NCBI RefSeq assembly: GCF_018350175.1
Contig: NC_058377.1
Span: forward strand, 102,052,001 to 102,116,000
Direction: 5' to 3'
DNA length: 64,000 nucleotides
From: Felis catus
Taxonomy: Eukaryota
The position numbers and the translations under genes were made by a program. Positions 23,830 through 35,470 of this stretch are shown here, one piece after another; within the stretch, counting starts at the first letter, position 1, and each line of letters opens with the position of its first letter. Under the pieces are notes generated by a model. It saw only the letters and a program-made list of their open reading frames with translations. It did no database searches and was not told where the DNA came from.

Positions 23830-23915
23830 AACATGCATCTTAGCTCCAAAGGGTCCAATTCAGTGGGTCTGGCGTGAGGCCCAGGTGATGTTGTTGCTGT
23901 TGGTCAGGGACCATT
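23830..23915. mobile_element. MER5A-like hAT fragment
   Basis: aattcagtgggtctggcgtgaggcccaggtgatgttgttgctgttggtcagggacca. Confidence 0.6.
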
Positions 23916-23970
23916 CCTATGATTTGTCCCCACAGTCTGGCCAATGTTCTTCTTATAAAAACATAGATCT

Positions 23971-24073
23971 GGGTGGCTCGGTCAGTTAAGCATCTGACTC
24001 TTGATTTCAGCTCAGGTCATGATCTCATGGTCCGTGAGATCAAGCCCCTCATCGGACTCTGCACCAACAGTGT
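23971..24073 (+). mobile_element. Can-SINE 5' part, truncated by an assembly gap
   Basis: gggtggctcggtcagttaagcatctgactcttgatttcagctcaggtcatgatctc. Confidence 0.9.
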
Positions 24074-24299
24074 NNNNNNNNNNNNNNNNNNNNNNNNNNN
24101 NNNNNNNNNNNNNNNNNNNNNNNNNNNNNNNNNNNNNNNNNNNNNNNNNNNNNNNNNNNNNNNNNNNNNNNNNNNNNNNNNNNNNNNNNNNNNNNNNNNN
24201 NNNNNNNNNNNNNNNNNNNNNNNNNNNNNNNNNNNNNNNNNNNNNNNNNNNNNNNNNNNNNNNNNNNNNNNNNNNNNNNNNNNNNNNNNNNNNNNNNNN
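24074..24299. other. Assembly gap (226 N)
   Basis: N run. Confidence 1.
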
Positions 24300-25769
24300 G
24301 TAATAACCTGAGCTAGCTGCAGAGATCTGGAATGTCTGAACCTTGCTTTCCCTTGCCAGTCTTTCTAGCTCCCACCCCACCCTCCCCCATATCCCTGTGC
24401 AGGACCATTTGTGCAGTACCCTGCAAGCACTAGGTCCTGGGGACCTCGCCTACTGCCTGTCCTCATGCTGTGTCTTCGTTCTAGAAGGCCCTCCTCCCAC
24501 CACCATGATCTGCAAGAGCAAGTCTTAGTCATCATTCCAGTCCCTTCTGTGAGCCCTTCCCTTCCCCTTCTGTTGGCTCCCATCCCTCTGCCACCACTTG
24601 GCACAGAGTTTTTTTTTTTTTTCCAGTGGGAGGAGGGACATCTTTAATCCACCACTAGTAGAAATAAGAAAGGAAAAAATCGATTAGTACAAGGATAGAA
24701 AAACTCTGAATGTCAGGTGGTTCATAAAACAATAAAAGTAAAGGACAAAATTAGGAAAAATCTGCAATTAATATGATTAACATAAGCTTACTTTAACACC
24801 GTCAAATGTAGAGATTTGGGTTAAGCTCCTTGGTTCATAGTACATTATTTTTTCCCATCTATTAATGGAGTCGCCACCTAGTTTCTTCATAACTTATTTA
24901 ACATATCTATCTTCCCCCATTATACTTAGAGCTCCTTGAGGGTTCTTTAATTATTTTTTAATTATTCTTCATTGAATCCTTTTAGCTTTGTTCCTAATTG
25001 GAAGGTAAAGACCCCTGCGAACTTCTTTTCAACTTGCAGGAACAGTGTTAATTGTCACGATAAAGTGGGGTGAGGAGGGAGAATCAGCATGTAGAGGTCA
25101 GAGGTCACCGAAGCCTCGAACAGCACAGGCTCACACTAGCAAGAATGGTCCCATGTCCCTTGTGATTTCCAAATGTGCCTCTAGACATCACGAGAGTGAA
25201 AAGCATGTTTCTCATTATCTCCACTTAGAACACACAAAATATTTTTTCCACAATTTTAGCATACACTGAATTTTCCTGGATTGCACCTACCACATACATG
25301 GAGGAAAGCTTGGACTTTGTTTTGCTGGGAGCTTGGCCAAGAAATGTGACCATTCGGAGAAGTCATATTATCAAAAGCAACACTCTCATTGGACTTGAGC
25401 CTCCAGGACGTGAAAATCACTCACTCTGCCTTCAGGGCTGTTCGTGCCACGACAACATACAGACACAGCATCTGTTTTATTACGTCGTCCAGAGCAGCCG
25501 TGCTTAAGCATTCGAACACTAAATGCTTATTTTTTAAGCTACTTACCTTCTATTTCCCCTTTCCTTTAGAGCTAGAAGGCTAGATGGGTCTTTTTTTTAA
25601 AAAAAAACTATGTCTGGAGGCATGTCATTCCATTTCATTGCAGGACAGGGAAGGAGCTGCACTTAATTAGAAAGTGTTACCAAAAGGTCATTTCATATGA
25701 TAAGCTGTGACCACCGTCTACAGAATCATAAGGTGGCATTAGAAGCCCTTCGCTCTGATGCCTCTGTCC

Positions 25770-26445
25770 AATCTCCATTCCAGCCTTCTCCCACCTCACC
25801 TTCTCCAGCCATGGGGACTCCCGGCTGTTCCGGAGACACCATAGGCTCATCCTTCTTCACACATGCCCTAACCGTCCCCCCCTCCCCTCCCCTGGAGCTT
25901 TTTCGCCCCTTCTGTTGAGTTTCCACTGAGCCCTGCTCAGATATTAGCTCCACTCTAAAATCTTGTCCAGCTCCTCTTCAGGGCCGTCCTGGGCCCACTG
26001 GTCGTATCATTCTGTGTCAGCACCCTCACCCTGGCTGTAATCACTGGTTTACAGGTCTTCCTGTCCCCCCCCCCCCCAGTCTAGGGGCTCCCAAGGGACA
26101 GCAGGTTGGTTGAGGGCTTTGGCTTGGAGTCATCCAGCTGGATTCAGATTTACCTCTGACATGCTCTCCATGGGTGATCTTGGCTGTGGACAATATAATT
26201 AAGTTTTCTGAACATCAATGTTCTCATCCGCATAGTAAAAGAAATAATGCTTACCTATCAAAGAGTTTGAAAGAGTTAAATGAAATCATGTATGTCCAGC
26301 AAGCACCTAGCTCAGTACCTGTCCCTGAGTAAATGCTCGCAAAATAGTAGTTATTGCTGTCATTGCTGTTAGCTTTCATTCCTTACACCTTGCATATAAT
26401 ATGACATATAGTGGATGTTCCGTAAGTGTTTGCTGAATGAATTAA
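25770..26445 (+). mobile_element. L2 3' fragment split by a MIR
   Basis: ctgtaatcactggtttacaggtcttcc before the MIR; gtaagtgtttgctgaatgaattaat after it. Confidence 0.6.
26100..26365 (+). mobile_element. MIR
   Basis: gggctttggcttggagtca...ttctcatccgcatagtaaaagaaataatgcttaccta...taaatgctcgcaaaatagtagttatt. Confidence 0.8.
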
Positions 26446-27429
26446 TTTGCTTCTAATACACTACTCCTCTAAAAATAACTTGTTTTTAAGAATCGTTAAT
26501 TGTGGAATACCTAACCTCAGTGAAAGCTATTGAGAGATTAGCCAGAAGATTTTTCTCTCTCTAGTTGCACCACGAAGACAATCCACTGAGCCAACCCCTC
26601 CCTGTGCCTCTCTTGACCATTTATAATTAATCTGGTTGGCCCAGATCTCAGATGAAGGGAATTAGCCAGAAAAATAGAGATGGTTGCTCTTTTTATTCAA
26701 GCCTCTGTGCCAGAATATAGATAATCCTTTTAAAGGGGAATTTTTAGACTCTGTGGGAAGACCTGTCTCATACTCTGTTCCAATTTAAAGCAAGCACTGG
26801 AATTGGAAGGGAGTCAAGGACTCTGACATGGATGGGGGAGGAAGGGAGCATGCTCATTTCACCCACAGAATTGGACAGAGGGAGTAGAGGGAATTCATAA
26901 CAATTCCAAAAGGAGAATTGAAGAAGGAAAGTGCATTCAATCACAAAAAACAAACCAGGGAGACTTTCCTATTCCCTCCTGCACTGGCAATTACATTGAT
27001 TCTCCACTCCCAAAAATAAGCAAAGAAATGAAGGATGTATTTGGATTAGAATCATTTTTTTACACAATTACCCAGAAATGTCAAATAAAAGTTGGTGTTA
27101 TTGAAATAATTCTTGTATTCTGCCTTAATAAGGGCTAGATGTTCAGAAACTTAGAGAGATAGAATTTTAGAAGAACGCTAAGTGATGATTTCTTCCTGTT
27201 ACTGTCTTTATGTTTAAATGCCACACAGGCGGCATTTCTGCAATTACCGTTACAAGTTTGATAAGAACGGGTTTTCTGGGAAAACCATTCGGAAGCTGAT
27301 TAATTTTTCAGCTGTCCTTTACCAGCACTTTGGTTAATTGACAGCATTTGGTGCAGTTGTCAAACTTCCTTAGAAAAAAGAAGCTGATCCAGGTAGTTTT
27401 TGTGTCCTATTAAAATATAATTTATTTCA

Positions 27430-27611
27430 GGGGCGCCTGGGTGGCTCAGTTAAGCACCCAACTCTTGATTTCAGCTCAGGTCATGATCTCACGGTTCCTG
27501 AGATGGGGCTCCTCATCTGTGCTGACAGCACAGAGCCTGCTTGGGATTCTCTCTGTCCCTGTCTCTCTGCCTCTGCCTTCCTTGCTCTCTCTCTCTTTCT
27601 CAAAATAAAGA

Positions 27612-27614
<3 letters not shown>
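27430..27614 (+). mobile_element. Can-SINE
   Basis: ggggcgcctgggtggctcagttaagcaccc...ctcaaaataaa; left TSD atataatttatttca. Confidence 0.95.
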
Positions 27615-27652
<38 letters not shown>

Positions 27653-27781
27653 TTTATTTCAAGTATCTTTTATCTATTATATATATCATTTATTTCAAGT
27701 ATCTTTTATCTATTATATATCATTTATTTCAAGTATCTTTTATCAATTATATACATATATAATCTATTTCAAGTACCTTTT
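27615..27781 (+). repeat. (AT)n followed by a 34-40-bp minisatellite (3 units plus a divergent partial unit)
   Basis: catttatttcaagtatcttttatc(t/a)attatata starts at 27651, 27687 and 27721; variant aatctatttcaagtacc at 27761. Confidence 0.92.
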
Positions 27782-28009
27782 AGTTTTGCGTTCTATTTGC
27801 TAGATATAAATGCATTTAGGGTGTGAGTGGCTCACATCAGACTCAACCGCAGTGCATCATTAACTAGCCAATAAATGCTTTCCTTGTTCACCCTTAGGGA
27901 AATGTTTTCCATCTCTCATGCTGATACTTGGGATCTCTCTATGGTTCCACCTGCCATTTCTCCTTCTTGAATAGACAGAGGTTCAGACAAGTCTCAAAAT
28001 TAAAAATCC

Positions 28010-28460
28010 TGAACTAAAACTGGCCCGAGCACTTCTCGGTTTCATGAGCCTTCCAAATCCCTTCAAGCCCTGGCCTTTGTTCATCTCTTCTCTTCACTTT
28101 CCATCCTTGTCTGGCTATTTCAGATTCCTTTAAGTTTCTCAAACATGCTCCACACATTCTGTTCTCTCCGCCTGAGATACTCTTCTCTTTCCCCTTCCCA
28201 CTGTGGCTCATCCTTCAAGCCTTGATTTAAACCTCGCTTCTTCCTGAAGGCCTTCCTAGAGCCCCTAGATTGGGCAAGAGGCTCATGTAATGTGTCCTTG
28301 GCACGGCCTGTATTTCCCCACTTATGTAACGATCAGTTTCCTTCACTGAATAACAGGATTTACTTCTGCCTTGGGCGCACTGCTTCTCCATTATTGCTAT
28401 CTCCATTATTACATACATTCTCTAAACACTAACCGAATGAGTAGATCAGTGAGTGAATCA
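28010..28460 (+). mobile_element. L2 3' fragment
   Basis: cagattcctttaagtttctcaaacatgc...ctcatccttcaagccttgatttaaa...gaaggccttcct. Confidence 0.65.
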
Positions 28461-29384
28461 GCTGTCCCGCACACCTTTACATGGTAAGAGCTTATTCCTT
28501 CTCGAATGTGAATTAACCAAGGTCTAGCGAGTGGAAGAGATTTGCCCAACATCACTGCAGCATTTTGGCATCAGAACTAGTATTTAAATCTCCGGCAGCC
28601 GGTGCAGTGCTATTTCCATTCTTTCGAGGATTACAAAACGTAACCATCCACTAGGGTAATAAGTGAGATGGGAGGGACGTAAGACCACACACAGGGGAAG
28701 GGGTCTGTGATAACCTGAATGATGCACACCCACTATTCGGGTTGAGTCAATTGTTGCCATAGAACAGGGTCCAGTGTTGCCAGAGCTTACTTTTATATTT
28801 TAAGAATGATAAATCCAGAACTTTGTGTGAAAACAGTCTGATGTTTTACTACCAGCCAAAAAAAAATTTTTTTTTATCGTAATATATTGTGCATTCCAAA
28901 CAAAACACTCAAGGACCAGGCGGGGCCTCCAAATCCCCATTGTGCTACCATCACATCTGTCTGGACTGAGCTCCTTCTTGCTACACCACTCAGCCCCACC
29001 CTTGGAGTCACCCTCCTGGTTTCCAACAACCAACACTTGGCAATTCCACAGCCACCTCCTGAAGGAAAATCACTCGAGAATCAAAAAATTCAAGGAAAGA
29101 CATTTGCCTTTTCCCAGTAAGAAACGCTTAGCTCCCCTGTCTCCAACTGCTTCAGAATTGAGGGACCCCCACGGCATTAAACTCAGTTCCCACACAGGCT
29201 ATGATGACTTTTCTGATCTCACGTGACAGAAACCCAAAACGACAAAAGCAGAAAACCAATTTTAGTCTTCACAGAAGGGTCCAAAGGACCACTTATATGA
29301 AGATGGAATTCTGGTTTTTATTTCTGGGAGAAGATGGTACCAAAGTTTCAACTTTCCTTCCCGGTCCGTTATGACTAATCAGTG

Positions 29385-29560
29385 TGTGAGGGAGAGAGAG
29401 TTCTAGCATCAGACTCAGAGGGGTTGGGTTTGGGGTCTGTCCCTTGCACTCGTAGTTCTGTGATCTCAGGTAAGTGGTGACCTACTGAGAGCCTTAGTGT
29501 CCTCATAAAACAGATAAAACAGGAGGCAGAGCTATCTCCACATAAATGTTGAGTTAACAA
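29385..29560 (+). mobile_element. MIR
   Basis: agttctgtgatctcaggtaagtggtgacctactgagagccttagtgtcctcat. Confidence 0.7.
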
Positions 29561-30344
29561 TAAGCACCGCTAACTGGACTTTGTTATTCCTGTGGTTCTA
29601 TTCTGGGTAGAAAATGCCTGGTCCCCAAATCACTGCTCTGTGCCTGAGTGTGGTACAGAAACTCAGTGGTCCAGAGAATTAACTCACCCAGAGAGGAAAT
29701 CCCACTTCTGTTCCCTTGAGCCTGTTCGTCTAATTTTCATCCAGTTACTCTCCTCATTCAAATACTGACACAAAGTCATGAGTCCTCCCCACCACTAGTT
29801 CGTCACCAACCTCTCTGTCATTTCTCAGGGCACTAACTGATGTTCTTTGGGCTGCTGCAGACACCATTCTCTGCACTGACCTGTGTTTGCTCGTTTGACC
29901 CTCACATCCAAGCAAATGGGTTGAAACCCCCCACAACTGGAAAGTGGTGAGGTCAGGATTGGAATCGTGTTTCTCTGGTTCTTGATGCTGAAGAGATGCC
30001 ATGATACTAACTTCCCGCCATAATATTTACCTACCGTGGTACTTACTTCCCCCTTGACCCACAAGAAAATGGCCCCACCATTTCTTCGTTCATTCATTCC
30101 TTCAGTCAACAATTATGGGGGAAGTGTCTACAGTGTGCCAGGCCTCCATGAAGCTTACAATTCTAGTGGGTAAGCCAGTAATAAATACCAAGGAGAAAAA
30201 AAATGCAGCAAATAAGATGGATATGAGATCTAGAGCAGAAGACCAGGCTGGTGATTGGAACATGGAGATCCAAGGGCAGCTAGTTCAGCAGCAGGCACAG
30301 AGGGCACATGAACTGTAGAATAGGGGGATCTGTAGGAAAGGAAC

Positions 30345-30630
30345 CTATTAAGTCCCAACTCTGTGCCGAACACAACGTGAGCAATGTACGTTGTCTAATC
30401 CGTCCTCTACCCATCTTATTTCTCTGAAACTATTATATCAATTAAGAAATCAGAATCTTTAATAATTTTATTTTAGCATTATTGATACTCCTCCAAGGAA
30501 GGTATTGCTGTCCCCTTTCACAGATAATGAGGTGAAGATTAGGGAGGTTGCCTAATTGCTCGAGGTTACCCAGCTGAAAGTGACAAGAGCAAGATTCAAA
30601 CCCAGGAAGGACCTCAAAGCTGAACGTCTG
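30345..30630 (-). mobile_element. MIR
   Basis: tcccctttcacagataatgagg...ttgctcgaggttacccagct...agattcaaacccagg. Confidence 0.7.
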
Positions 30631-30644
30631 TCTTCCAAACTACC

Positions 30645-30980
30645 TTACAATAGTCAATAAACAAGGAGGCTAGGTGGCTTGAGCAATAGAAATTTATTTC
30701 TCACAGTGCTGGAGGCTAAAAGTCCAGGATCAAGGTACCAACATGTTTGGTGTCTCCTGAGGCCTCTCTCCATGGCCTGCAGACAGACACCCTCTCATGT
30801 GGCCTTTCCCTGTGTGTCCCTGGAGTCTCTCTCCTCTTAGAGGGACAGCAGTCACATTGGATTAGGTCTCCATCCCCGTAACCTCACTTAACCTTCAGGC
30901 CCCTTCTCTAAATATAGTCACGTTGGGGGTTAAGACTTCAATGTATGGATTCTGAGGGGCCATAATCCAGCTCATAATAG
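30645..30980 (-). mobile_element. MLT1A/B-like solo LTR
   Basis: aatagaaatttatttctcacagtgctggaggcta...gtgtctcctgaggcctctctcc...cagtcacattggattagg...aaatatagtcacgttgggggttaagacttca. Confidence 0.88.
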
Positions 30981-31363
30981 CAGGTGACAGAACTCCAGCT
31001 CTTTGGGAAGAGGGAAGAGCTGATTGAGAAAAGCACAGTCCCCGCCCCATTACAATGAGAGCACAAGCTCTGGCCAGAGGGAGATCAGAGAGATGGGGCC
31101 GGGGTGGGAGCTGAGGGGCAGACTGACCCTAAGTCACCAGCATCTGATGCAGAGCCCTGTACGTGTGCTCCAGCAGCAGACTTATGCCCTCATTGCTTCA
31201 ACCTGCAGAGCCGCAGTAGGAGGGGTCGTAAGCAATGCGGCTGTGGGACAGGGAGCTGGAGAATCATTTCTCTCTGTCCAAACAGTTGGCCTCCATACCC
31301 TGGCATGTCTCTGTCAGCTCACAGCTCTCTTTACCCAGCTATCTCTTGTCTCTCGTTACAAAA

Positions 31364-31371
31364 GTGTGTGT

Positions 31372-31408
<37 letters not shown>
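31364..31408 (+). repeat. (GT)n microsatellite, one interruption
   Basis: Directly visible. Confidence 0.95.
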
Positions 31409-31412
<4 letters not shown>

Positions 31413-31817
31413 GTTATCGTTATTCTAACCAGAGCCTGCATTTCTTTGCACTCAACACTGGTGTATCTATTCCCATCACCAATGAGCTCTATTTAATCCA
31501 TGTACACCAATATCATCCTTTTCAACTGTGCACATGTGTGTTTATGTGTCTGTCTGTCAACCTGGGAGAGTTAAGCAGAAAGAAAGAATGAGCTAGAAAA
31601 GAGGCAAGAGAAAGAAAAGAGGGAAGAGAATGAAGTAAGAATCACGGGGCAGGGAGAAGGGGGAAGGACAACCAAGGAATGAAAATCCGGGGAGCCAGGC
31701 AGGGGTCCGTGGCCTGTACAGTCAGGCAGATGATGGTGGAGGAATCCAGAAGGCTCTACAGACAAGACCAGTTGTCTTGCCTATGGGCCTGTGGTTACTT
31801 GACTTATAGAGTCTAGG

Positions 31818-31992
31818 CCAGTTTCCCAACCACCGTGCCATGCTCAGCATAGCCAGGTTATGCCTGGAGGGCTAAAGCCTCTAAGAGCATCTCTGGCAAT
31901 GAGCAGCTTGTAGCATCTACCCAGGAGGCCAAAAGAAAGATTATTGTTTTGTATTCATGACAGGTCATGGAAAAGGTTAGCGAGCATTGCTC
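31818..31992 (-). mobile_element. MER112-like hAT element
   Basis: tttcccaaccaccgtgcc...attattgttttgtattcatgac..ggaaaaggttagcgagcattg. Confidence 0.6.
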
Positions 31993-31997
31993 CAGAC

Positions 31998-32170
31998 TAG
32001 CATTTCCCAAAGCAGGGGAAAAAAGCGTTCTGCTGTCATTTTAGGACATGCTGTATATTGTATTCCCTTTTGTAAATACACTCACAAAATGGCATTAGCA
32101 TAGTAATTGCTCTGAGGAGTCCTAAGTGTGGGGGTTGAGGTGGGGTTTTAACTTTGCTTAGGCCTCCTGA
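31998..32170 (+). mobile_element. MER103-like hAT element
   Basis: catgctgtatattgtattcccttt...cattagcatagtaattgctctgaggagtcct. Confidence 0.6.
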
Positions 32171-32614
32171 TATCACGCTGGTTAGCGTATGTCCTTAAAT
32201 CTAGTTCAATACAGCCAAGGACAGGTGCTATAACTCCCACCCCAGACTGACGTTCTTTCTCTGTGGCAACCCTGACCAGGTGACCTGCTCTGAAGCAGAT
32301 ACAATCTCTAGGATCACGTGGCCATCTTCCTGGCCAAGCAACATGTTCTGAGCAAGTCAACCAAAACATCCTTCCTGGCCTAACCTCATGCTTCAAAACC
32401 CAATACCTTCTCCTGCCAAGAGTTCATAGCTAGAAATAAACTTGTTGCAACTTGTATGTTGAAGCTTGGCCAATCGGGAGCTTGAATTCTTAACGTTGAG
32501 AACGGGGCTAAAAATTCACTATTTAAGTTGTAGGAAAGTCATGTGAGCCTGAGAATCTAGAGAATGTGTATGATTCGGGACAGATCACAATTCTCTTAAC
32601 AGGCCTCAGTTTTC

Positions 32615-32812
32615 GGGGCACCTGGATGGCTCAGTTAAGTGTCCAACTTCGGCTCAGGTGATGATCTCACGGTTCATGAGTTCGAGTCCCACATCAGGCT
32701 CTGTGCTGACAGCTCTGAGCCTGGAGCCTGCTTCAGATTCTGTGTCTCCCTCTCTCTGCCCCTTCCCCTCCCCACCCTCAAAAATAAATAAATATTAAAA
32801 AATAAAAATAAA
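32615..32812 (+). mobile_element. Can-SINE
   Basis: 17-bp TSD aacaggcc(t/c)cagttttc (32598-32614 and 32813-32829). Confidence 0.96.
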
Positions 32813-32864
32813 AACAGGCCCCAGTTTTCTAAATCTAAAGAGTGAGGAGAGGAGAGGATGACAT

Positions 32865-33478
32865 TAGGGGCTGAATTGTGTTTCCCCCCAAAATTCATAT
32901 GTTGACATTCTAATCCCAGTACCTCAGAATGTGACTGTATTTAGACATGGGCCTGTATAGAGGTCATTAAGATAAAAATGAGGTTCCATGGTTGAGCCCT
33001 AGTCCAATATAATTGGTGTATATATAAATATACATGTATATATATGTGTATATATATGTAAATACAATATACGTGTATTTATTGTGAGGTGAGGGAGGGA
33101 GCAGAGAGAGAGAGGGAGAGAGAGAATCCCAAGTAGGCTCCTCCCCGTCAGCGCAGCGCCTGACTCTGGCCTTGAACTCACAAACCGTGAGATCATGACC
33201 TGAGCTGAAACCAAGAGTCAGACGCTTAGCCAGCTGAACCACCCAGGTGCCCCTAACTGGTGTCCTTATAAAAAGAGGAGATTAGGACACAACCATGTGA
33301 AGACAACTGGGGAGAAAGCAGCCATCCATAAGTCAAAGAGAGGCCATAGAGGAAACCAAACCTGCTGACATCTTCCACTTGGACTCGAGCCTCCAGAATT
33401 GTGAGAAAATAAATTTTTGTTGTGTGAGCCACCCCACCTCTGGCATTTCACTCTGGCAGCCTTGGCAGAGTAATACAG
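32865..33478 (+). mobile_element. MLT1B-like solo LTR interrupted by a SINE
   Basis: ggctgaattgtgtttccccccaaaattcatatgttga...ctggtgtccttataaaaagaggag...cctccagaattgtgagaaaataaattt...taataca. Confidence 0.9.
33020..33253 (-). mobile_element. Can-SINE with (TA)-rich tail
   Basis: Ends ccacccaggtgcccc; TSD taa(t/c)tggtgt. Confidence 0.95.
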
Positions 33479-33496
33479 ATATCTGGATAGACCCCA

Positions 33497-34057
33497 AGTG
33501 CAGAGCCAGCACTTGGTTACCTATCCAATATCCATTCCCTCCTATTTGCTTGCTGACATAACCCACTTTTATTCAAAAATCTACCCTCTCCCATGTGACA
33601 GAAAGGAGATCTGACCACCAGCCCACAGGCACCGTGTGAATAAGCAATTGTGTTCAGTTTATTCCTGTTGCCAGTGATTAGCTCAGAAATAGGCAGAAGA
33701 CCAAACTCAGGCCGGAGGCCTGGGGAGAAATCTCCTGGGGGCTTCTGGGAAGGTTTCACCCTTCATGGAGAGACACAAAAGATGTGGTCTCTTGCTCTTC
33801 TAACAATTCAAGTGTCTAAATGGGACGTCTGAAAGATCTGCAGCTATTGGGGACCTAGCAGGAAGCCAGCCTGAGGGCAGTTTCCTAAGGATGGCAAAGA
33901 AGAGAGGCAGGTGCAAAAGCCTCTGATATTGGCTCAAGCAATCCTACAGTACATCCCAGCTCACCTTCCAGTGATGGCAGATGGAAAAAAATGTCCTTTT
34001 AGTGAAAATCAACCAGAGTTTTCTGTGGTTGCAGCTGAAGGCATCCATTCGGATGCA
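33497..34057 (+). mobile_element. MLT1K-like LTR
   Basis: ggttacctatccaatatccattccctc...ccagtgattagctcagaaataggc...gttttctgtggttgcagctgaaggcatcc. Confidence 0.7.
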
Positions 34058-34129
34058 CTCACTGATCCTCTCCAGCCCTGTGACCTCCTTAGCAGCTGTG
34101 TTCCTAAAACTACTGGTAACAGCTAACCC

Positions 34130-34300
34130 CTTACAGAAAAACTTACAAATAGCCCCCTGCAACCCTGTGAGGCAGGGACTATCTTTAGTCCCATTTAAGG
34201 AAATAACAGCGTTCAAAGAGGTTGTCACTTGGTTAAAGCCACTCTGAGATGTGGTCAGTACATAGACCCGTCTGGTCTGGGATCTTTGCTTTACCCACCA
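34130..34300 (-). mobile_element. MIR
   Basis: caaccctgtgaggcagggactatctttagtcccatt...agaggttgtcacttgg. Confidence 0.65.
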
Positions 34301-34954
34301 TCCACCAGAAAGTCTAAAATCCAGAAATTTTCCAATCAGCCAGAGGACCCGTGGGGGCCATGGGAGAAAAGTCCTTGCCCACCCAGAGGGCCTCCACTTG
34401 ACATATTTACCTTTTCAGAATTTCTTACGCTCTTTTAAATTCTAAATCGCTGCAAAATTATTAGGAAGAGCTAATAAGCAACAAATTTAGTGTTGTACTC
34501 AGGATTTTTCAGCTAAGATGATAAATCTCCAACTAATTTCTACCACCTTTTCCAAAGAGATTTTACCATTTTCCAAGCAAAACATTGATATTTTTTCAAT
34601 AGTCCAAAGGCGTATGGTTCTCCTTTTTCTCTCCAACGCCCCCCCCCCCGACTTTGGTTAAATTTTGGTAATTGTTTGGGAATTTTTGTACAAGTTACTG
34701 GAAGGAAAAGAGAATAGAATGTAAAGAGGAAGTGATCTATCATAGAACAGAAGTAATTGACCTTGAAATGTAACAGAAGACTTTATAATGGACCTCATGA
34801 AGGAGCCTAACCAGAGGGGCATGAAATACTGAAAGCATTAGCAAGAAAGCCCATGAGAAAATCTCTCATAGAGTTTCAAAAACAAAACAAAACAAAACAA
34901 AACAGAGGTCTAGAAATTTTAGGTACAACTTTTCTTGATTGTGTAGGGAAAAGA

Positions 34955-35470
34955 CTAGTTATCCAATCATTTGGTTACAAAGAACCCATCCAAACTAACT
35001 TAAACAGGAGGAATTTACTGGAAGAATGTAAGAGTATCCTACAAAAGCCAAGAACAGGACCATCAAAAACAAAAAGTCATTCAGGAGCCAAGTCAAGTTC
35101 TCCCTTCTCTCTCTCCCTCCCTTGCTTCTCTTTCTCTCTCTCCTTTTCACCCTCTTTCCTTGGTCATTCCATTTGTTTCTAATCCATTCCCTCTGCAGAT
35201 GAACTTTCTCTGTGCTGCTCGCACCTGGCCCTCCATGTCCCAGGATGGCCCTCTCAGACTTCAGTTCTGCATCACCTGACCAGGCTAAGACCTACAGCAA
35301 GCTAAACCATCCTCTCTGTGATCCAAGTCCAGACTTCCTGGAGATGGTCTGACTGGTCCAGCCCAGCCTCTGGGCTGGTTTTTCCTGAGTCAGGTGTCCG
35401 CCCCTTGCCCAATCAGCCATGACAGAAGAAGCAAGAGTATGCAATAAAAACATGGCTACAAGAGTCCATC
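34955..35470 (-). mobile_element. Old MLT1 (N/M-like) LTR
   Basis: aacccatccaaactaacttaaac..ggaatttactgga...tctgactggtccagc...gtcaggtgtccgccccttgcccaatcagc. Confidence 0.6.

Noticed and set aside
25298-25583. Unique CpG-bearing segment as a possible exon
   Set aside because: No recognisable protein on either strand and no convincing splice-site pair.
31024-31591. ORFs containing CVCVCV runs
   Set aside because: Translation of the (GT)n microsatellite.
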